A DNA stretch of 64,000 bases from Candidatus Latescibacterota bacterium (lineage in GTDB: Bacteria; Latescibacterota; UBA2968; GCA-2709665). How positions within the stretch are numbered: position 1 is the stretch's first letter; the number at the start of each line of letters is the position of its first letter. Positions 10,712 through 20,502 of the stretch are shown here, one piece after another. The notes beneath the pieces are model-generated. The model was given only the letters and a program-made list of their open reading frames with translations. It did not search any database and was not told the origin of the DNA. The stretch lies in assembly GCA_965116875.1 (NCBI GenBank), contig OZ220733.1:2272001-2336000 (forward strand), read 5' to 3'. Position numbers and translations under genes: made by a program.

Positions 10712-12076
10712 GTGGCGGCTCTCAAGACGGTTTTTTTCTGCGGCATCGGGGGCAGCGGCATGAGCGCGCTGGCGCAGGTGTTGCGCCATCAGGGGCTTGC
10801 GGTGAGGGGGTCGGACCGTCGCCGGGACCACGGCCAGAGTGCGGAGCTGTTCGAGAATCTCCGCGCTCAGGGGATTGCGTTGTTCCCACAGGATGGGTCG
10901 GGCGTTGATTCTTCCGTTGACGAACTGATCGTGTCAGCCGCGGTGGAGGAACATATCCCCGACGTGCGCGCCGCGCTGCGCCGGGCGATTCCGGTGCGCA
11001 AGCGCGCGGAGGTGCTGGCCGAACTATTCAACGCGGCGGAGGGCGTAGCCGTTGGCGGCACGAGTGGAAAGACGACTGTTGCCGGTATGATCGCCCACGT
11101 CCTGAAGCAGGCGGGCCGAAACCCTACAGCGATTCTCGGAGGTTCGCTGCTGAACGGCTCGTCACCGCCGTCGGGCAACGCCATCTGCGGCGATTCCGGT
11201 CTGCAGGTGATTGAGGCAGACGAGAGCGACGGCACGATTGTCCTGTACGAGCCTTCGATTTCGGTTCTGACCAATATTTCGCTGGACCACAAGCCACTGC
11301 CGGAACTGCGCGGGATGTTTCTGGAGTTTGTACAAAAGGCCCGTCGGACGGCCGTCATCAATATGGACTGCGAGCTTTCCGCGGCGCTCGACGTTGAGGG
11401 GATCGGTTTTGGGGTGGACAATTGCCGCGCGCATGTCTGCGCCGACAATGTCCAGCCAATGGCGGATGGCGTGGCGTTTGAGGTCAGCGGGACCGACTTT
11501 CGCCTGATGGTGCCCGGCAGGCACAATGTTTCGAACGCCGCCGCGGCCGTGGCCGCCTGCTTGGCATTGGATGTTCCCCTGGCGCAAACGGCCGACGCGC
11601 TGGCGACCTTTGCGGGCATCCGGCGCCGCCTGCAGGTACTGGGCACCGCGGGCGGCGTGACGGTGATCGACGATTTCGCACACAATCCCGACAAGATTGC
11701 GGCCACGCTCTCCGCGCTCAGAGAACAACCCGGAAGGCTGCTGGTGATGTTCCAGCCCACCGGATTCGCGCCAACGCGGTTTCTCAAGGACGGATTGATC
11801 TCGGCCTTTTCAGCGGGGATGGCGTGTGAAGACGTGCTTGCGATGCCGGAGATTTTCTACGCGGGCGGAACCGCGGTGCGCGATATTTCGTCCCGTGATC
11901 TGGTCGAAGCGATTTCAGGGCAGGGCGTGAACGCGGCGTTTTTCAATACGCGAAAGGAAGTCGCGCGCTGGCTTGCCGAAGAAGCGCGACCGGGGGACCG
12001 GGTCGTAATCATGGGCGCGCGCGACGACACGCTGACCGATTTCGCCAATGGGATATTGCAGTCATTGGCGTCCTGA
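10712..12076 (+). CDS. UDP-N-acetylmuramate--amino acid/peptide ligase (MurC/Mpl family)
   Basis: FFCGIGGSGMSALA, GTSGKTT P-loop, IEADESDG, TNISLDH, GRHNVSN, DDFAHNP; AAAGGAG before GTG 10712. Confidence 0.88.
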   Translation: MAALKTVFFCGIGGSGMSALAQVLRHQGLAVRGSDRRRDHGQSAELFENLRAQGIALFPQDGSGVDSSVDELIVSAAVEEHIPDVRAALRRAIPVRKRAEVLAELFNAAEGVAVGGTSGKTTVAGMIAHVLKQAGRNPTAILGGSLLNGSSPPSGNAICGDSGLQVIEADESDGTIVLYEPSISVLTNISLDHKPLPELRGMFLEFVQKARRTAVINMDCELSAALDVEGIGFGVDNCRAHVCADNVQPMADGVAFEVSGTDFRLMVPGRHNVSNAAAAVAACLALDVPLAQTADALATFAGIRRRLQVLGTAGGVTVIDDFAHNPDKIAATLSALREQPGRLLVMFQPTGFAPTRFLKDGLISAFSAGMACEDVLAMPEIFYAGGTAVRDISSRDLVEAISGQGVNAAFFNTRKEVARWLAEEARPGDRVVIMGARDDTLTDFANGILQSLAS

Positions 12077-12136
12077 AGCCCCTTGCAGGTTTTTCGCCCA
12101 TTTGACGTCGTTTGATCTGAATTCGGGAGCGTCCTT

Positions 12137-13042
12137 TTGATTGTTCCACCATATATACAACCGGGCGACCTGATCGGAATCGTGTCGCCATCCGGATCCT
12201 TCGAACGGGAGCGATTGCGACCCGGCCTAACGTACCTCCGGAAGAGGGGCTTCCGGGTGCGGGTTGGATCGGCGGCTTACGACCGGGATCGGTACCTCGC
12301 GGGAAAGGATCCCGAACGCGCGAAGGATCTGAACGCCATGTTCGCCGATCCCGAGGTCAGGGCAGTCTTTGCGGCCCGGGGCGGATTCGGTTCAGCGCGG
12401 ATCCTTGGGTCTCTGGACTATGGTGCAATCCGCAAATGTCCGAAGCCCCTGGTGGGGTTCAGCGACACGACCGCGCTGCAATTGGGGATTTACAGTCGCA
12501 CGGGGATGGTGAGTTACTCCGGCGTGACACTGTGCGCAGACGTTTCGGCCTCCGGAATGCCGGACGCAACGGAAACGTCTCTGTGGAACGCGCTCATGCA
12601 CGGGCGATTTGACGACGTGGCCGGCGTCGCGGCGATTCGGGGTCGAGCCGCGGAAGGAAAGCTGCTGGGCGGCTGTCTCTCGGTGATCGCCTCGCTCATG
12701 GGTACCGGATATATGCCGGATACGAGTGGCGCTCTTCTCTTTCTGGAAGACGTGAACGAAGCCCCCTACCGGGTGGACCGTATGCTGACGCAGTTACAAA
12801 TGGCGGGAGTATTCGACCGTGTGGCCGGCGTCGTATTCGGGCAGTTCGAAGGCTGCGATCCGGAACGGGAGGAGGTCGAAGGAACCGTGGACGGCGTTCT
12901 CCGTGATTTTTCAACTTCGGTCTCCGCCCCGGTCTTTTGGGGACTGCCTTATGGGCACGGCGAGGGACGGCGCGTGCTGCCGATCGGCCGCCGGGCGACC
13001 GTGGACGGAAGCCGGGGGACGTTGATAATCGAATCTCAATGA
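12137..13042 (+). CDS. ldcA: LD-carboxypeptidase (peptidase S66)
   Basis: ARGGFGS, GFSDTTAL nucleophile motif, LFLEDVNE, PYGHG. Confidence 0.88.
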   Translation: MIVPPYIQPGDLIGIVSPSGSFERERLRPGLTYLRKRGFRVRVGSAAYDRDRYLAGKDPERAKDLNAMFADPEVRAVFAARGGFGSARILGSLDYGAIRKCPKPLVGFSDTTALQLGIYSRTGMVSYSGVTLCADVSASGMPDATETSLWNALMHGRFDDVAGVAAIRGRAAEGKLLGGCLSVIASLMGTGYMPDTSGALLFLEDVNEAPYRVDRMLTQLQMAGVFDRVAGVVFGQFEGCDPEREEVEGTVDGVLRDFSTSVSAPVFWGLPYGHGEGRRVLPIGRRATVDGSRGTLIIESQ

Positions 13043-13057
13043 GAGGCCACTCTCGTG

Positions 13058-13903
13058 ATGTCACGGATGATTTGCTTGCGTCGGCTGATTACGGTCTTCC
13101 TGGTGGGATCGGTGGCGTCGTGCGCGACGATCGGCCGGTTCAACATATTGAGCACGGAACAGGAAGTCGAAATCGGCCGCGAAGCGGCACGGGAGATCGA
13201 GCGTGAGCTCAAGCTCTACAACGATCCCGTCGTGACGGCGTACATCAACAGCCTCGGCCAGAAGCTTGCGCGGTATTCGCGGCGTTCCGGCCTGACGTAC
13301 TATTTCAAGGTCGTGGATACGGACGAGGTGAACGCCTTCGCGCTTCCCGGAGGTTGGCTGTACGTGAACCGGGGTCTCATTACAACGGCGGAGAACGAAT
13401 CGGAACTCGCGGGAGTTATCGGTCACGAAATCGGCCATGTAGACAGGAAACACGGCGCCAGGGCCATCAGCAGGCAGCTTGGTGCGGCGATGTTTCTGGA
13501 CGTGACTCTGGGCGGAGCGGACGCATCCGCAAAACGCCGGGCAGGAAGGCAGGTCGCCGCTTTTTTCATCGGCGTGAAACAGTTGAGTTATGGCCGGGAT
13601 GCCGAGCGGGAATCAGACCGGTTCGCCGTGGAATCAACATACGCGGCGGGAATCGATCCGGAGGGTACGGCCACGTTTTTCGAAAAGCTCGTGGCGATGC
13701 AGAAGAAGGAACCGGGTCAGTTGGCGAAGATGTTCTCCACCCATCCTCCGAGCCGGGAGCGGGTTGAGAATGTGCGGGCACAGATCGGCGGACTGCCACC
13801 TAGGGCAGGCTTGACGGCGGATTCAAGACGGTTTCAGACAATTAAAAGGAGAATTCTCGAACGCGAGCGGTCGCGGCGGGGGAAGGAAAGGCGGCGGCGA
13901 TAA
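13058..13903 (+). CDS. M48 family Zn-metallopeptidase, probable lipoprotein
   Basis: Lipobox-like VASC; VNAFALPGG, HEIGH, E.ESD, STHP motifs. Confidence 0.88.
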   Translation: MSRMICLRRLITVFLVGSVASCATIGRFNILSTEQEVEIGREAAREIERELKLYNDPVVTAYINSLGQKLARYSRRSGLTYYFKVVDTDEVNAFALPGGWLYVNRGLITTAENESELAGVIGHEIGHVDRKHGARAISRQLGAAMFLDVTLGGADASAKRRAGRQVAAFFIGVKQLSYGRDAERESDRFAVESTYAAGIDPEGTATFFEKLVAMQKKEPGQLAKMFSTHPPSRERVENVRAQIGGLPPRAGLTADSRRFQTIKRRILERERSRRGKERRRR

Positions 13904-13929
13904 CAGCACGGACCGGCTGAAAACCGTAT

Positions 13930-15210
13930 CTATCTCCTCAGCTTGTCCAGGTATTGAAAGTACGACGGGAAGGACTTGTCGACGCAGGCCGGATTCCGTA
14001 TTGCGATCCCAGGCGTTTTCAGGCCGATCAATGCCATGCTCATGGCCATGCGGTGATCTTCGTACGTGTCGATTTCGGCCGGGCGGATGCGCGAGGAAGG
14101 ATAAACCGTCACGAAGTCCGGCCCGGCGACCGCGCGGACCCCCAGTCTGGTCAGTTCGGTCGCGATGGCAGCGATGCGGTCGGTCTCCTTGATGCGCAGG
14201 TTGGCGATGTTGCGCGCCGTGACCGGCCCGGCTGCAAAAGGAGCGAGCGCGCAGAGGGTCTGAACCACGTCAGGCATCGCGTTCATGTCCACGTCGATGC
14301 CGGAAAGCCGCTCAGGACCGCGGACCTCGATGCCGTCGGTCCGGTTGCTTACGGCGCAGCCCATTCTGCCCAGAACGTCCACGAATCCCAGGTCACCCTG
14401 TGCGGACTCCGGAGAAAGGTTGCGGACCTTGATCCGGCCTCCCGTGAGCGCCGCCGCGGCGAAGAAGTAGGAAGCGTTGGAAGCGTCCGGCTCAATGGAA
14501 TACTCGGAGGGTGTGTAACGCTGCCCGGCTTTCACGTGGAAGACACTTGCGTCGCGAGCGCCGACATGCACGCCGAAGTCGCGCATAATGCGTACGGTCA
14601 TGTCGATGTACGGCCGGGAGACCAGGTTGCCGGTAACGCGGATCTTGACGTCCTGTCGCGCATACGGCGCCACCATGAGAAGGGCGGAAAGATACTGGCT
14701 GCTCCGGTTTCCCGGCAACTCCGTGCGCCCTCCTTCGAGGCCGGCTCCGTGGACGACAATCGGAGGACACCCGTTTCCCGCCAGGCTCCGTGCGCGAACG
14801 CCAAGGGGACGGAGCGCGTCCATCAGGTCCTGGATCGGCCGTTCTCTCATGCGGGGGTCGCCGTCCAGCGTATACTCGCCACACCCAAGAGAGATATAAC
14901 CGGTAAGAAAACGGGCCGCAGTGCCCGAGTTGCCTACGAAGAGTCTGGCGTTCGGGACCGGTATCCGGCCGCCCGCGCCGTCGACAATGACGGCGCCTTC
15001 GCTTTCGATCCGAGACCGTACACCGAGCGCGGACAGCGCGTCCGCCATATACCGTGTGTCGTCGCTTTCCAGGGCGCCGGAAAGACGGCTCCGGCCGTTG
15101 GCAAGCGCCGCGATCAACAACGCCCGGTTGGTGTAGGACTTGGAGCCGGGCACCGACACATCGGCGTCAACGCGCCGCTGGATCGGTTGGATTTTAATCA
15201 TATCGGACAT
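13930..15210 (-). CDS. aroA: 3-phosphoshikimate 1-carboxyvinyltransferase
   Basis: PGSKSYTNR, GNSGTAARF, SSQYLS, LRIKETDR, DHRMAM, KSFP motifs. Confidence 0.96.
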   Translation of the reverse strand: MSDMIKIQPIQRRVDADVSVPGSKSYTNRALLIAALANGRSRLSGALESDDTRYMADALSALGVRSRIESEGAVIVDGAGGRIPVPNARLFVGNSGTAARFLTGYISLGCGEYTLDGDPRMRERPIQDLMDALRPLGVRARSLAGNGCPPIVVHGAGLEGGRTELPGNRSSQYLSALLMVAPYARQDVKIRVTGNLVSRPYIDMTVRIMRDFGVHVGARDASVFHVKAGQRYTPSEYSIEPDASNASYFFAAAALTGGRIKVRNLSPESAQGDLGFVDVLGRMGCAVSNRTDGIEVRGPERLSGIDVDMNAMPDVVQTLCALAPFAAGPVTARNIANLRIKETDRIAAIATELTRLGVRAVAGPDFVTVYPSSRIRPAEIDTYEDHRMAMSMALIGLKTPGIAIRNPACVDKSFPSYFQYLDKLRR

Positions 15211-15498
15211 CGTGAGGAATCCGGATTCAGGGACGGGTGCAGATACCACCTCGCGGTGGACTGAAATAAGGTAACGCAATGACGCGGGAAGTCCAATTGA
15301 AAAACGCTATTTTCGGGCGGAACTGCCCCGGACACCGTGCAAGACCGGACGCGCCATTGCGGTTGATTTCCTGAGGTTGTTTTTGAAGGTTCCAGGACGG
15401 CGACCGTCCGGATTGCACGCAGGGAAACAAGGGCTTGCCCGTCAGTCCGGCGGTTTTTTCAGGCAGTCCTCTGTGAATCAAACCTGTCAATCTCTCGC

Positions 15499-15527
15499 TT
15501 GACTTTTCATTGGCCCGGAAGTAAGAT
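15499..15527 (+). promoter_or_regulatory. Putative sigma70 promoter of dnaE
   Basis: TTGACT-17 nt-TAAGAT about 150 nt upstream of ATG. Confidence 0.5.
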
Positions 15528-15678
15528 TATTCCAACACCGGGATATCTGTGCGCGCCGCGGCGCGACGCGCGTGCGGGTTCCACGGTTTTCCCCTCCCCC
15601 GGCGCAGTTCCCCATTCCAGGCAGCCCTGTTCTCCCGAGACATTCCCGCCCGACCCGGTACATCCGGAGAAACTCTCG

Positions 15679-18600
15679 ATGGCCGAATTTGTGCATCTCC
15701 ATAGCCACAGTATGTACAGCCTGCTGGATGGCGCCTGCAAGATTGACAGTCTTGCCGCCAGGGCCGCCGAGTGGGGGATGCCCGCTGCCGCCATTACGGA
15801 CCACGGCAATCTCTTTGGCGCGGTGGACTTTTACCGTGCGATGAAAAAGGCGGGCGTCAAGCCCATTATAGGGTGCGAAGTATATTGCGCCATCGAAAGC
15901 CGATTCGACAAGAAACCCTCGCGTGGCGTGCCCAGCGGGTCGAACCATCTGGTATTGCTCGCGAAAAACACACGCGGGTATTACAACCTGGTAAAGCTGG
16001 TCTCGGCCGGATACATGGAAGGGTTCTACTACCATCCCAGAATCGACAAGGAGTTGCTGCGAGAACACGCCGAGGGCCTGGTCTGTCTGTCGGGATGCCT
16101 GAGCGGTGAGGTGCCGCATCTGATCGAGCGTGAGGGCGTGAAGGTTGCGATGTCCGCGGTGGAAGAGTACCTCGACATCTTCGGCGAAGACTATTACCTG
16201 GAAATCCAGCGGCACGGCATCGATAGAGAACCCAGAATCAACGACGGACTCATCCGGATTCACGGCGAAACGGGCGTACCGCTCGTGGCGACGAACGACT
16301 CCCATTTTCTGGGCGCGGACGATCACGAAGCTCACGCCGTACTCGTGGCGCTACAGACCGGAAAGACCCTGAACGACCCAGGCAGGATGTGTTATCCGGA
16401 AGACGTCTATTTCAAGTCCGTGAGCGAGATGCAGGCGCTCTTTTCGGATCTCCCCCAGGCTCTTGAGCAAACGCTGGAGATCGCTGAGAAGGTCAATATA
16501 GAACTCGCGTTCGGGGACTACCTTGCGCCGGAGTTTCCGTTACCGGCTGAATTTCAGTCGGCCGACGACTACCTCAAACACCTGGCCAGACGAGGTCTGC
16601 AAGACCGTTTCGATCTTATTTCGCAGAATCTGCGGGATCGCCTCGAGTTCGAACTGGACCTGATTGTAAGCAAGGGACTCGCGGGGTATTTCCTCATCGT
16701 CTGGGATTATGTCAACTATGCAAAGGGGCAGGGAATCTCGGTGGGGCCGGGGCGCGGCTCCTGCGCCGGGAGCCTGGCGGCATATTCGTTACGGATAACC
16801 GACCTGGATCCGATAAAGCACAATCTGTTGTTCGAGAGATTCCTGAACCCCGAGCGCGTGAGCCTGCCCGACATCGACATCGATTTCTCGGACAAGAAGC
16901 GCGACCAGGTGATCAGATACGTCTCGGAAAAGTACGGCGAGCGCAACGTGTGTCAGATCATCACGTTCGGTACCCTGAAGGCCAAGGCGGCAATCCGGGA
17001 CGTGGGTCGCGTACTCGACATGTCATTTGGCGAGGTCGACCGGATTGCCAAGCTGGTACCCAACGATTTGAAGATGACGCTGGACAAGGCGATCCAGCAG
17101 GTGCCGGAGTTGAAACAGATGGCGGACGGCGACGGTAATGAGGCGCAGCTGATCAGGCATGCGCGGGCGCTGGAAGGGCTGGCCCGGCATGCCTCCGTCC
17201 ACGCGGCGGCAGTGATTATCGCACCGGACAATCTGACGAATTTCGTGCCTCTTTACAAAGCCCCGAAAGACGGCAAGGTGACCACCCAGTTCGACGGGCC
17301 GACCTGCGAGGACATCGGCCTTCTGAAAATGGACTTCCTGGGCCTCAAGGAACTTTCGCTCGCCGACGAAACAGTCGATCTGATCAAGGCGAAGGAACCG
17401 GCGTTTGACCTGACGAAGATCCCTGAAGACGACGAGAAAACCCTGGATCTGTTCGGACGTGGCGAAACCGTGGGCGTGTTCCAGTTTGAAAGTCCCGGAA
17501 TGAGGGAATACCTGGTGCAGTTGAAACCCGATTGCATCGAGGATATCATCGCGATGAATGCCCTCTACCGCCCCGGACCGATGCAGTACATCCCGAATTT
17601 CGTCGCGCGCAAGCACGGAAAAGAAGGGGTGGTTTACGACCATCCGAAGATGGAGCCCATTCTGAAAGATACGTACGGGATCATGGTGTACCAGGAGCAG
17701 GTGATGCAGATCGTGCAGGTCCTCGCAGGGTTCAGCCTGGGCCAGGCCGACATCCTCCGGGACGCCATGGGCAAGAAAAAGCCCGAAGAAATGGCGCGGC
17801 AGAAGGACGCGTTTATCGACGGGTGCAAGACGCACGGTGTGAATACGAAGCTTGCCCGGAAGATTTTCGCCGATATAGAAGTATTCGCGGGGTATGCGTT
17901 TCCAAAGGCGCACGCGGCGGCGTATGCGGTTGTCGCGTACCGGAACGCCTACCTCAAGGCGAACTATCCACAGGAATACATGGCCGCCAGCCTGAACGGT
18001 GAAATCGGCAATATCGAGCGAATGGTGGTCGTGATTGAAGAGTGCCGAAAGATGAAACTGGAGGTCCTGCCCCCGGACGTGAATACCTCTTACGTGGACT
18101 TCGTGGCTTCAGAAACGGCAATTCTGATGGGAATGGCGGCGGTGAGAAACGTGGGTCGCGGTGCGGTTGAGGCCATTGTAAGCGCGAGGAAAACGGGTGG
18201 AGCATTCAGTTCCCTGTTCGAGTTCTGTGAGCGCGTGGATTTGCGAGCGGTGAACCGCAGGGCTATCGAGAGCCTGATTCGCGCTGGAGCCATGGACCAC
18301 CTGGACGGACATCGAGCGCAGCTTCTACAAGGCCTCGACCGGGCCCTCGACGCGGGTCAGTTCGCGCAGGCAGCCCGGCAGCGTCGTCAGACATCGCTGT
18401 TCGACATGGAAGCCCTTGCAGACCAGTCGGCGGTCATCAACAACCACGTCCTTCCCGAGGAGCCGGAATGGACCGAGCGTGAAAGGCTTGCACACGAGAA
18501 GGAGATGCTCGGATTTTATCTCTCCGGTCATCCTCTGGAAAGGTACCGGGTGGATCTGGCTGCCCTGGGTGTCCGTTCGTCGCAGGACTTGGACGCCCTG

Positions 18601-19113
18601 CCCGAGGGAGCGGAAGTGAAACTCGGCGGGCTGATCTCCGAAACCAGGTCGCATACCGACCGAAACGGACGGCCGATGGCGTTTGGCACCATCGAGGATC
18701 TGGACGGCGCCCTGGACCTGGTTGTGTTTCCCGATACGTTCGAAAAGGTCAGGACTTCGTTTGTGACGGACGCAATGGTGGTAATCCAGGGCAGGCTCTC
18801 CGGACGCAACGGTCGACAATCGCTGCAAGTGGAGAAGATCCTGTCCATGGAGAACGCGAGGGAGACGCTTGCGGACGCGCTGAATGTCAAGCTTCCATCC
18901 GAGATGCTGGAATTGGAGACACTTGAACACCTGAAAGAGCTGCTCGAAGGTCACCGCGGCGAATGTACGGTCTATCTTCACCTTGAACTGGGCGTTGGAA
19001 AAACGAAGGTCATTCGTTCCCGGAGGCTGACCGTAAACCCCTCTGAAGCGCTGATCTCGGAAATCGGCGCATTCCTGGGCGAACGGCGCGCCTGGGTGTC
19101 TCAGAAATCCTGA
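15679..19113 (+). CDS. dnaE: DNA polymerase III alpha subunit
   Basis: FVHLHSHSMYSLLDG PHP start, GPGRGS, PDIDIDF, KMDFLGL, YQEQVMQ, OB-fold and CTD; GGAG RBS. Confidence 0.97.
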   Translation: MAEFVHLHSHSMYSLLDGACKIDSLAARAAEWGMPAAAITDHGNLFGAVDFYRAMKKAGVKPIIGCEVYCAIESRFDKKPSRGVPSGSNHLVLLAKNTRGYYNLVKLVSAGYMEGFYYHPRIDKELLREHAEGLVCLSGCLSGEVPHLIEREGVKVAMSAVEEYLDIFGEDYYLEIQRHGIDREPRINDGLIRIHGETGVPLVATNDSHFLGADDHEAHAVLVALQTGKTLNDPGRMCYPEDVYFKSVSEMQALFSDLPQALEQTLEIAEKVNIELAFGDYLAPEFPLPAEFQSADDYLKHLARRGLQDRFDLISQNLRDRLEFELDLIVSKGLAGYFLIVWDYVNYAKGQGISVGPGRGSCAGSLAAYSLRITDLDPIKHNLLFERFLNPERVSLPDIDIDFSDKKRDQVIRYVSEKYGERNVCQIITFGTLKAKAAIRDVGRVLDMSFGEVDRIAKLVPNDLKMTLDKAIQQVPELKQMADGDGNEAQLIRHARALEGLARHASVHAAAVIIAPDNLTNFVPLYKAPKDGKVTTQFDGPTCEDIGLLKMDFLGLKELSLADETVDLIKAKEPAFDLTKIPEDDEKTLDLFGRGETVGVFQFESPGMREYLVQLKPDCIEDIIAMNALYRPGPMQYIPNFVARKHGKEGVVYDHPKMEPILKDTYGIMVYQEQVMQIVQVLAGFSLGQADILRDAMGKKKPEEMARQKDAFIDGCKTHGVNTKLARKIFADIEVFAGYAFPKAHAAAYAVVAYRNAYLKANYPQEYMAASLNGEIGNIERMVVVIEECRKMKLEVLPPDVNTSYVDFVASETAILMGMAAVRNVGRGAVEAIVSARKTGGAFSSLFEFCERVDLRAVNRRAIESLIRAGAMDHLDGHRAQLLQGLDRALDAGQFAQAARQRRQTSLFDMEALADQSAVINNHVLPEEPEWTERERLAHEKEMLGFYLSGHPLERYRVDLAALGVRSSQDLDALPEGAEVKLGGLISETRSHTDRNGRPMAFGTIEDLDGALDLVVFPDTFEKVRTSFVTDAMVVIQGRLSGRNGRQSLQVEKILSMENARETLADALNVKLPSEMLELETLEHLKELLEGHRGECTVYLHLELGVGKTKVIRSRRLTVNPSEALISEIGAFLGERRAWVSQKS

Positions 19114-19154
19114 ATCCGCCATCTCCGGCGTGCAGGGGCGCGTCCGGTAGAGAA

Positions 19155-19188
19155 ACGCAAAAGGCGACCTTACGGTCGCCTTTTGCGT
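19155..19188. terminator. Bidirectional intrinsic terminator between convergent dnaE and rodA
   Basis: Perfect 15-bp stem ACGCAAAAGGCGACC-TTAC-GGTCGCCTTTTGCGT containing A/T runs on both arms. Confidence 0.8.
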
Positions 19189-19213
19189 GAGGATTATGCC
19201 TGCAATGCGTATG

Positions 19214-20434
19214 CTAATAGTACTCGTGCCGGTAGGCATAAAAGTTCAGCAGCAGACCCGCAAGTATCAGATTGACCACGAGTTGTGATCCACCGTAGCT
19301 GAAATACGGCAGGGGGAGGCCGGTAACCGGTACCACGCCGACGGTCATCCCTATATTGACAAAAACGTGAAAGGTCAGCATGGCAGCCAGACCGATGGCC
19401 ACAAGACTTGAAAACCGGCTCTTCACAAGACCTGCAATATGTATGGCGCGCCAGATGATCAGAAAGAACAACGCGAGTACCAGAATTGCACCCACGAAGC
19501 CGAATTCCTCTCCGATTACGGAAAACACGAAATCGGTATGCTGTTCCGGAAGGAAGGAGAGTTTGGTCTGCGTGCCCTGCAAGTACCCTTTCCCGTTCAG
19601 ACCTCCCGAGCCAATTGCCACCTTGGATTGCATGACCTGGTAGCCCGCGCCGAGTTTGTCCATGTCCGGATTCAAGAACGTGAGAATCCGCCGGCGCTGG
19701 TAGTCGTGCAGCTTGTTTTCCCAAAGATACGGCGCGCCAACCGCGACCGCGAGATTGACCACGACAATCGCGGCAGTCATCAATCGCCCGGGTCGGACCA
19801 GAAAAATGACCGCGGCAATCATCAGCACCAGGACAACAAGCGCTACGTAGTGGAAGGCGCAGATCACACTCAAAAAGGGTGAAATCAGGAAAAACAGGAC
19901 AACGGGTCTCATCCCGGCCCAGTAAAACATCGGCAGAAGTACCGAGATGAAAACAAGCGCGGTGCCCAGATCGGGCTGTCTGAATACAAGAACCGCCGGA
20001 AGCAAGACCAGAAGGAACGGTGTGAACAGCGAGCGAGGCCGGTCCAGATCCAGGTTGCGCGTGGAGAGGTATCTCGCCAGCGCAAGTATGGTTGCGATTT
20101 TGGCCAGTTCCGACGGTTGCATATAAAAGGGGCCCAGATCGAACCAGCGACTCTCTCCGAACAGCAGAACCAGCACCAGTAGGCAGACTGAGACGCCGTA
20201 AAGGATATACGCGAATGCATAATAATATCTGGGTGGGACGAACAGGGTAAGCAGGACCGCAGCCGCGGCAAGCGCGCTCCAGATGATCTGCCTCTCGTAG
20301 ATGCTGCCCGCGGCGCCGTACTCCCAGTTGTAGGTAGCGCTGTAGATCGCACCAATTCCGAACAGCGTGGCAAGAATCACCGAAAGCAGCAGCGGAAAGT
20401 CGAATTCCTGCTTGAGCGTGCGTGACAAGATCAC
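19214..20434 (-). CDS. rodA: Rod shape-determining SEDS glycosyltransferase RodA
   Basis: QPSELAK, QPDLGTA, GYQVMQSKVAIGSGG, LPEQHTDF, LPYFSYGGS; follows mrdA. Confidence 0.95.
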   Translation of the reverse strand: MILSRTLKQEFDFPLLLSVILATLFGIGAIYSATYNWEYGAAGSIYERQIIWSALAAAAVLLTLFVPPRYYYAFAYILYGVSVCLLVLVLLFGESRWFDLGPFYMQPSELAKIATILALARYLSTRNLDLDRPRSLFTPFLLVLLPAVLVFRQPDLGTALVFISVLLPMFYWAGMRPVVLFFLISPFLSVICAFHYVALVVLVLMIAAVIFLVRPGRLMTAAIVVVNLAVAVGAPYLWENKLHDYQRRRILTFLNPDMDKLGAGYQVMQSKVAIGSGGLNGKGYLQGTQTKLSFLPEQHTDFVFSVIGEEFGFVGAILVLALFFLIIWRAIHIAGLVKSRFSSLVAIGLAAMLTFHVFVNIGMTVGVVPVTGLPLPYFSYGGSQLVVNLILAGLLLNFYAYRHEYY

Positions 20435-20502
20435 GTGAAGATTCCTGCGAGACGGATGTTGGGAAAGGGAGATCGGGGCCCGGATGTTCCGCCGGACCCT
20501 GT

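Noticed and set aside
13954-15264. 436-aa + strand ORF (similarly 19194-20810, 22817-24193, 27989-29449)
   Set aside because: Shadow or alternate-frame ORFs over aroA, rodA, the lytic transglycosylase and the permease/kinase; no recognisable motifs.
15462-15490. Minus-strand TTGACA as an aroA promoter
   Set aside because: No plausible -10 hexamer at 17-nt spacing.
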